The translations under genes were made by a program, and so were the position numbers. 33,287 nucleotides of DNA from Candidatus Hermodarchaeota archaeon. Lineage in GTDB: Archaea; Asgardarchaeota; Lokiarchaeia; Sigyniarchaeales; SOKP01. The notes below the pieces were generated by a model. It made no database searches, had not been told where the DNA came from, and saw only the letters and a program-made list of their open reading frames with translations. This document shows positions 27,377-33,287 of the stretch, piece after piece. The stretch spans positions 47,752-81,038 of the forward strand of contig JBHLLO010000005.1 of assembly GCA_048885535.1 (NCBI GenBank), in the 5' to 3' direction. Position 1 is the first letter of the stretch. Every line of letters begins with the position of its first letter.

Positions 27377-28636
27377 TTATATATCAAATGCCCATTCTCC
27401 ATTTCGCATAATTACTTCAGTAGATCCATCTTCCAAAATTCCATCAATATCTATTTCTCCAGATCCAATCATAAAATCAATGTGTGATACGCTAATATTC
27501 CCCCCTGCAGCCATAAATTCTTCTTCAGACATTTTCTCACCATTTTCCAAACATGATTCAAAGCTCCGACCAAGGGCAATATGACAAGAAGCATTTTCAT
27601 CGATTAAAGTATTATAAAAGATTAAACCTGATTGTGAAATGGGTGAACTATGCGGAACTAGCGCAACTTCTCCTAATCGGCTTGCTCCTTCATCAGTTTT
27701 TATAAGATTATCTAAAAATTCTTGTCCTTTTCTTGCAATTGCTTTTACTACTTTTCCTTTGGAAAAAGTAAATTCAAAATCCTCAACAACACTTCCGCCA
27801 ATATAAAGAGGTTTAGTTGCTCTGACAAAACCTTCTACTTTATCTTTATGAGGTGATGTGCAGATCTCTTCTGTAGGAATATTTGCAACAAATTCAATCC
27901 CATTTTGACTTTTGTCACTTCCTCCTAACCAGATATGCCCCACAGGAAGTCCTATCATTAAATCAGTTCCAGGAGCTTGTATTCTTAAAGCGGAATATTG
28001 CTTAGTATTCAGATAATTACGCCTAAGATGTAGTTGTTTAATATGCCCCTTCCATGCAAAAACCGGATCTTCTTGTTTCACACGACAAACATCAAAAATT
28101 GCATTCCACAATTTAGCTTTTCCTTCATCAGCTGGGAGATCTGGGAAGACTTTATTTGCCCATCCATCAACTGAGGCAGAAATGCAAAGCCAATTCGTAA
28201 AATTTTTCATAATAAGGTCTCTACCAGGTTTATTATATTTTAACGCAATATTTCTAGTTATTGCTAAAAGTTCCGGATCTTGATCAATATACAAGTCGGG
28301 GTCAGCCGCTATAATTCCCGCTAATGCGTCGCCTTTTTCTACAAAATCTAATGTAGCATCCCTTCTCCAAATTGGGTACTCCTCGAATGAATCACGAGGT
28401 GCATGCTGGAATCTAATTAAATGCATCTGAGGATTGTTCCATAAAACCTCTACAAATCTAGCTCCCATCTGATATGCTTTCCTCACGATTATTTCTATAA
28501 ATGGGGCCAATTCAATCATAGAAGAAGCAAGTTCAATTGGAATTATCAACAAACGTTGTCCTTTTTGTAGATTGAGGCCCACCTTTAATATTAACTCAGC
28601 ATACTTCTCTAAATTGCTCTCAAATTCTGAGGACAT
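27377..28636 (-). CDS. Aminopeptidase, peptidase family M29 (AmpS/PepS/aminopeptidase T)
   Basis: LEKYAEL..VGLNLQ.GQ, ANIPTEE, LGEVALV, FYNTLIDENASCHIALG, HIDFMIG. Confidence 0.93.
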   Translation of the reverse strand: MSSEFESNLEKYAELILKVGLNLQKGQRLLIIPIELASSMIELAPFIEIIVRKAYQMGARFVEVLWNNPQMHLIRFQHAPRDSFEEYPIWRRDATLDFVEKGDALAGIIAADPDLYIDQDPELLAITRNIALKYNKPGRDLIMKNFTNWLCISASVDGWANKVFPDLPADEGKAKLWNAIFDVCRVKQEDPVFAWKGHIKQLHLRRNYLNTKQYSALRIQAPGTDLMIGLPVGHIWLGGSDKSQNGIEFVANIPTEEICTSPHKDKVEGFVRATKPLYIGGSVVEDFEFTFSKGKVVKAIARKGQEFLDNLIKTDEGASRLGEVALVPHSSPISQSGLIFYNTLIDENASCHIALGRSFESCLENGEKMSEEEFMAAGGNISVSHIDFMIGSGEIDIDGILEDGSTEVIMRNGEWAFDI

Positions 28637-28756
28637 TGGACTTTCACTAAAAACTATGAATCTGTTTTATGATTAATATTATAAGATAATAATCCTCATT
28701 TTAAAGTTTTATATTTTTAGTCAAGATTTTTATCTATTTTTTCATTAAATTAACTT

Positions 28757-29197
28757 ATGTCAAAATTAGAACCTGTCAAATTTGATGACTTTAAAGAGGG
28801 TGATTCTGCTTCATTTTCAAAAACAATCACTGAGGCAGATGTAACTCTATTTGCAGGGATATCAGGCGATTTTAATCCTCTACATATTAATGAGGAGTTT
28901 GCAAAAACTCAAATGTTTGGAAAGCGAGTTGTTCATGGTGCTTTTAGCTCAGCCTTAATCTCAGCTGTCCTTGGTGCTCATCTCTTCGGTCCAGGAGCCC
29001 TTTATGCATCTCAAAAGGTTATCTTTAAAAAGCCAGTCTTTATTGGTGATACTGTAACAGCTGTAGCAACAATTACTAAAAAATATACTAAAGAAGGAAA
29101 AAGTGGAGTTTTACAATTTCTTGACGTAGAAACAAAGGTTTACAATCAGAAAAATGAAGTAGTGACTGATGGGGAAGCCCAAGTTATTGTAATGTAA
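28757..29197 (+). CDS. MaoC/PhaJ-family (R)-specific enoyl-CoA hydratase
   Basis: Hydratase-2 motif FAGISGDFNPLH, RVVHG, GPG, and FKKPVFIGDT. Confidence 0.9.
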   Translation: MSKLEPVKFDDFKEGDSASFSKTITEADVTLFAGISGDFNPLHINEEFAKTQMFGKRVVHGAFSSALISAVLGAHLFGPGALYASQKVIFKKPVFIGDTVTAVATITKKYTKEGKSGVLQFLDVETKVYNQKNEVVTDGEAQVIVM

Positions 29198-29277
29198 TTA
29201 TTTCTTTTTCATTTTTATTTATTATACTTATTGTTTTCTTCTAAGAAATTCCCTAATAAACCTTTATCAAATATTTA

Positions 29278-29293
29278 TCCCATAAATATGGGA
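29278..29293. promoter_or_regulatory. Perfect inverted repeat TCCCATA-AA-TATGGGA, candidate transcription-factor site
   Basis: 7-bp arms that contain GC, in an AT-rich intergenic region. It is followed by a purine run and TTATTATTTAATATAAA (BRE/TATA-like). Confidence 0.4.
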
Positions 29294-29506
29294 AAAGGAA
29301 AAACTTATTATTTAATATAAATGTTTACAATCAAATTAAAATATGATTAGAAATCGTTCGGAATCATTAGTACAGAGTAAATAATCATCTCGGTAAAGAT
29401 TTTAAACAAACTTTCAATACATAGCATTCAATTACTCATTTGATAAGCTATATTTAATTTAAGATATATAAATAAGTCAATATAATATTTAATAGAGGTT
29501 TAGGCA

Positions 29507-31087
29507 ATGTCATGGCTTAATATTGGTGAAATAATTAAAGTTAATGCAAATAAATATCCAGATAAACTAGCATTAAAGGATTCAAAACGTGAATTGACCT
29601 TTAAGGAACTTGACGAAAGAACTAATAAACTCGCTAATGGTTTTCTTAAATTGGGAGTAAAAAAGGGCGACAAAATAGCAATTTTATCAAATAATTCAAT
29701 TGAATTTATGGAAACTTATAGTGCAGCAGCTAAAGGAGGATTTATAATAGTACCTTTAAATTTTCGCCTGCATCCTGAGGAACTATCATTTATAATTACC
29801 AATTCTGATTCAATATATTTGATTGTGGATTCACGATTTAAAGAAGCAACTGAACAAATTTGGACAAGAGCAAAAGAATTAGGATTGGATAAGGTTAAGC
29901 GGGTGTTAATCTCGAAAAATCCGGCAGATGATTGGTTACTTTATGAAAAAATTATAGAAATCGGAGCTGATTCTTATCCTTCTATTAAAGTTAATCCAGA
30001 AGATACATGGGTTATTCTATATACTTCAGGAACTACTGGAACACCCAAAGGTGTGGTACGATCCCATCGTTCCTACATTGCATTCTTCTTAATTAATGAA
30101 GCAGAATTTTCTTTTACACCCCAAGATTATGGTATGATTTTAATGCCATTATCTCATGTAAATTCCACTTTCTATTCATTTGTCTTTACTTATTTGGGGG
30201 CACCTGTTTATGTTCATATTGAGTACAAATTTGATCCTGAGGAAGTTTTAAAGATTATTGACAATGAAAAGATAACATTTACCTCGATGATCCCTACTCA
30301 TTATAATTTAATATTAAGTCTCCCTGAAAATATAAAGAAAAAATACAATCTTGACTCTATTCGAGCTCTATTAACGTCTTCAGCTCCTGCAACTAGGCAA
30401 ATGAAATTAGAAGTAATGAACCTCTTTAACAAAGCGGAACTTTTTGAAGCTTATGGCTCCACTGAAGCTGGACTCGTCACCATCCTAAGACCCGAGGATC
30501 AAATGAATAAATTGGGATCAATTGGAAAAGAGTGTATTGGAACTGACAGTATTCGAATACTAGACGAAGATGGGAATCCCGTGTCTTTAGGAGAAATTGG
30601 TGAATTATATTCTCGAGGTCCTCAGATGTTTGATAAGTACTATAAACTACCAGAAAAGACAGAAGACTCGTTTAAAGGAGAATTTTTCAGTGCTGGTGAC
30701 ATGGCTAAGAAAGATGAAGATAGTTTTTATTATCTTGTTGATAGAAAAGCAAATATGATTATTACTGGAGGAGAACATGTTTATCCTTCTGAGGTTGAAA
30801 AAATTATCATTTCTCATCCACTGGTTATTGAGTGTGCCGTAATCGGTTTACAAGATTATAAATGGGGGGAAAAGGTAACAGCTATCTGTATTCTAAATCA
30901 GGAAGTTCCGGTCCCAGAGGATGTTAATAAAGAAATACGCACATTTTGCGAAAATAAATTAGCAAGATTTAAGATTCCAAAAGAGGTTTTTATTATTAAT
31001 TCCGATGAGATGCCTAGAACAGGTTCAGGAAAGGTAATTCATCGAATATTACGAGAACGATATAATAAACAAATTATTAATAGTTAG
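29507..31087 (+). CDS. AMP-forming acyl/aryl-CoA ligase (ANL superfamily)
   Basis: YTSGTTGTPKG, EAYGSTE, AGD, DRKANMIITGGEHVYP.EVE, and PRTGSGK. GAGGT upstream. Confidence 0.92.
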   Translation: MSWLNIGEIIKVNANKYPDKLALKDSKRELTFKELDERTNKLANGFLKLGVKKGDKIAILSNNSIEFMETYSAAAKGGFIIVPLNFRLHPEELSFIITNSDSIYLIVDSRFKEATEQIWTRAKELGLDKVKRVLISKNPADDWLLYEKIIEIGADSYPSIKVNPEDTWVILYTSGTTGTPKGVVRSHRSYIAFFLINEAEFSFTPQDYGMILMPLSHVNSTFYSFVFTYLGAPVYVHIEYKFDPEEVLKIIDNEKITFTSMIPTHYNLILSLPENIKKKYNLDSIRALLTSSAPATRQMKLEVMNLFNKAELFEAYGSTEAGLVTILRPEDQMNKLGSIGKECIGTDSIRILDEDGNPVSLGEIGELYSRGPQMFDKYYKLPEKTEDSFKGEFFSAGDMAKKDEDSFYYLVDRKANMIITGGEHVYPSEVEKIIISHPLVIECAVIGLQDYKWGEKVTAICILNQEVPVPEDVNKEIRTFCENKLARFKIPKEVFIINSDEMPRTGSGKVIHRILRERYNKQIINS

Positions 31088-31133
31088 GTAAGTATAAAAT
31101 TACAATAAAAAATATGTATTAGATGTATGAAAT

Positions 31134-32342
31134 ATGACTTTTAAAAATGCTTATATACCTTATGGTCAATATTGGAGCACTCCTTTTTCTAGATGGCAAG
31201 GGAGTTTCCAAAATCTCCATGCAATAAAATTCGCGGCAGAAATAACAACTAATTTCTTAAATCAAAATAAAATTTCGCCTAATGAATTTGATGAACTGAT
31301 ATTAGGTATTACAATTCCCCAACTTAATTGTTTTTACGGGGGACCTTGGTTATCAAGTTTAATTGGAGCAGAACATATAACGGCACCTATGATAAGTCAA
31401 GCTTGCGCCACTGGAACTAATTCTGTTTCAATCGCAGCGCAAGGCATAGAAGCAGGATTAAATAAAAATATTTTGATTGTATGTACAGATAGATGTTCAA
31501 ATGGACCTCATTTAGCCTATCCTAATCCAGAAGCACCTGGAAATACTCTCGACTCAGAAAATTGGGTTTGGGACAATTTTGGTTATGATCCTTATGCTAA
31601 AAACTCAATGATTCAAACGGGTGAAAATGTAGCTAAAGAAGTAGGCATAACAAAAGATGAACAAGATGAGGTGACTCTTTTGAGGTATAAACAGTATCAA
31701 GATTCTTTAAAGGATGATAGAGCTTTCCAGAAGAAGTACATGATGGGTCCCATTGAGGTGAAAGATCGCTCAGGTCGTAAAGTTTTAGTTACTGTTGAAG
31801 GAGATGAGGGGATATATCCTACTACCATGGAAGGACTCTCTAAGCTTAGACCTGTTCTCCCCGATGGAACAATCACTTATGGAACTCAAACTCATCCTGC
31901 TGATGGTAATTGTGGTATGATTATCACCACACAAGAAAAAGCAGCAGGATTAAGAAAGAGAGAAGATGTTGAGGTTAAAGTAGTATCTTATGGTGAGTAT
32001 AAGACAAAGAAAGGTTATATGGCTATGGCTATTGTTCCCGCTGCGAAATTAGCTTTAGAACGAGCAGGAATTTCTATTGAAGACATATCTGTGATAAAAA
32101 CGCACAATCCTTTTGCTGTAAACGACATTTATTTCTCAAGAGAAATGAATGTCGATTGGAAGAGTATGAATAACTATGGAAGTTCACTAATATTCGGTCA
32201 TCCGCAAGCACCTACAATGTTGAGAATAATTATAGAAATGATTGAAGAATTAGTAGAGAAAGGGGGAGGTTTTGGTTTAGCAGATGGTTGCGCTGCCGGA
32301 GATACTGCTGCGGCTCTAGTTTTAAATGTAAAGATTGAATAA
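31134..32342 (+). CDS. Thiolase-family protein with non-canonical motifs
   Basis: STPF..WQGS, SQACAT, DEG, HPADG, KTHNPFAVND, NNYGSSLIFGHPQ, and GCAAGD. Confidence 0.88.
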   Translation: MTFKNAYIPYGQYWSTPFSRWQGSFQNLHAIKFAAEITTNFLNQNKISPNEFDELILGITIPQLNCFYGGPWLSSLIGAEHITAPMISQACATGTNSVSIAAQGIEAGLNKNILIVCTDRCSNGPHLAYPNPEAPGNTLDSENWVWDNFGYDPYAKNSMIQTGENVAKEVGITKDEQDEVTLLRYKQYQDSLKDDRAFQKKYMMGPIEVKDRSGRKVLVTVEGDEGIYPTTMEGLSKLRPVLPDGTITYGTQTHPADGNCGMIITTQEKAAGLRKREDVEVKVVSYGEYKTKKGYMAMAIVPAAKLALERAGISIEDISVIKTHNPFAVNDIYFSREMNVDWKSMNNYGSSLIFGHPQAPTMLRIIIEMIEELVEKGGGFGLADGCAAGDTAAALVLNVKIE

Positions 32343-32397
32343 AAAATAAGAATTTATTTTATTAAATTTAAATAAAATCGAAATTAAGACATAACAA

Positions 32398-33287
32398 ATG
32401 CTTAGAAAGAAAATACAAGCTGTTAGAGAATTAAATCAATTAATGTCTGATTATTATCATAAGCTGGATTATGCTTCTAAGGATGATAATAAGAAAGTAG
32501 CATGGTGTTCTAGTGTTGGACCAGCAGAAATACTCAGGAGCCTAGACTTTGAAGTTTATTTCCCAGAGAATCATAGTGCTATGTTAGGAGCCTCTAGAAT
32601 AGCCACAGATCTAATTCCGTATGCAAATGCAATTGGTTATTCACCAGAAATTTGTTCATACCTAACTGCTGATATAGGTGCTTATTTAAAACAAGTAACT
32701 GCATTATCTAAAGCTTATCCAGATATTGAAAGCGTTCCAAAACCAGATGTATTAGTCTTTAATACAAATCAATGTCGAGAGGTTCAAGATTGGTTTAATT
32801 GGTTTGCACATGAATTTAAAGTGCCAATAATGGGTATATCTACTCCGAGAAGTGTCGGTGAAGTTACAGATGCACACATTAAGTTTATAGCGCAACAAAT
32901 GGAAGAACTTATTCAACAATTAGAACCTATTTCAGCAACGAAATTTAAACTTAATAAACTTAAAGAAGTTGTGTCTCTTTCTCGTAGATGTTCTGAGCTT
33001 TGGAAAGAGATTTTAGAAACAACTGCTCATATACCTTCACCATTTACATTCTTTGATGGTACAATACACATGGCTCCTGCTGTAGTTATGAGAGGAACGA
33101 GTAAAGCTGTAGAGTATTATAAAACGTTATTAGCTGAATTACAACAGAGAATAAAGAATCATATTGGCGCTGTAGATAATGAACAATTTAGGTTATATTG
33201 GGAAGGAATGCCAATTTGGGGAAGGCTAAGACACTATTCTGAATTATTCGCGAATCTTAAATCATGTGTAGTTGCCTCGACTTATTG
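32398..33287 (+). CDS. 2-hydroxyacyl-CoA dehydratase (HgdA/FldB/HadB-like, HGD-D family) subunit, 3'-truncated by the window edge; absent from the ORF track
   Basis: Manual translation from ATG 32398: MLRKKIQAVRELNQLMSDYY..KVAWCSSVGPAEILRSLDFEVYFPENHSA..GYSPEICSYLTADIG..PKPDVLVFNTNQC..PSPFTFFD..RLYWEGMPIW. The frame is open to the end of the window. Confidence 0.88.
   Translation, partial: MLRKKIQAVRELNQLMSDYYHKLDYASKDDNKKVAWCSSVGPAEILRSLDFEVYFPENHSAMLGASRIATDLIPYANAIGYSPEICSYLTADIGAYLKQVTALSKAYPDIESVPKPDVLVFNTNQCREVQDWFNWFAHEFKVPIMGISTPRSVGEVTDAHIKFIAQQMEELIQQLEPISATKFKLNKLKEVVSLSRRCSELWKEILETTAHIPSPFTFFDGTIHMAPAVVMRGTSKAVEYYKTLLAELQQRIKNHIGAVDNEQFRLYWEGMPIWGRLRHYSELFANLKSCVVASTY

Noticed and set aside
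29507-31087. Naming the ligase benzoate-CoA ligase (bzdA/bclA)
   Set aside because: The motifs are generic ANL (YTSGTTG, AYGSTE) and do not show the benzoate-ligase-type signatures I recall, so substrate cannot be assigned from sequence.
1-33287. CRISPR arrays, tRNA/rRNA, IS elements, integrases, frameshifted pseudogenes, or a recent-HGT compositional boundary around bzd
   Set aside because: None were seen. Intergenic gaps are short and AT-rich and the ORFs appear intact. The slightly higher GC in bzd genes can be explained by Gly/Ala/Cys-rich proteins, though a GC3 or tetranucleotide scan was not possible.

Overview
AT-rich, gene-dense prokaryotic window with about 32 credible CDSs. I found no RNA gene, CRISPR array or mobile element. 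The main feature is a nine-gene minus-strand operon (26854 to 16687) for the central anaerobic benzoyl-CoA pathway, with an ATP-dependent class I, Bzd-subtype benzoyl-CoA reductase: oah/bzdY-like, dch/bzdW, had/bzdX, bzdN, bzdO, bzdP, bzdQ, bzdM ferredoxin and a bzdV-like Fe-S flavoprotein. To its right are a small divergent CxxC protein, an M29 aminopeptidase, a MaoC hydratase and a plus-strand unit. That unit holds a CoA ligase, a thiolase with atypical motifs, and a window-truncated 2-hydroxyacyl-CoA dehydratase subunit that is missing from the ORF track. The left half is mixed. It has an ADP-forming acyl-CoA synthetase alpha-type protein, two methyltransferases, a NIPA/DMT-like transporter, a GH35 beta-galactosidase, an MFS transporter, four tandem alpha/beta-hydrolase paralogs, an AmmeMemoRadiSam radical SAM enzyme, an ABM-family protein, a divergent UbiA, a TauE transporter, a zinc-finger/coiled-coil protein and a tandem-ACT protein. 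Composition and gene content suggest an anaerobic sediment archaeon, possibly Asgard (Lokiarchaeia-like). This is inference only, because the window has no phylogenetic marker gene. All family calls come from recognising motifs by eye, not from database searches.
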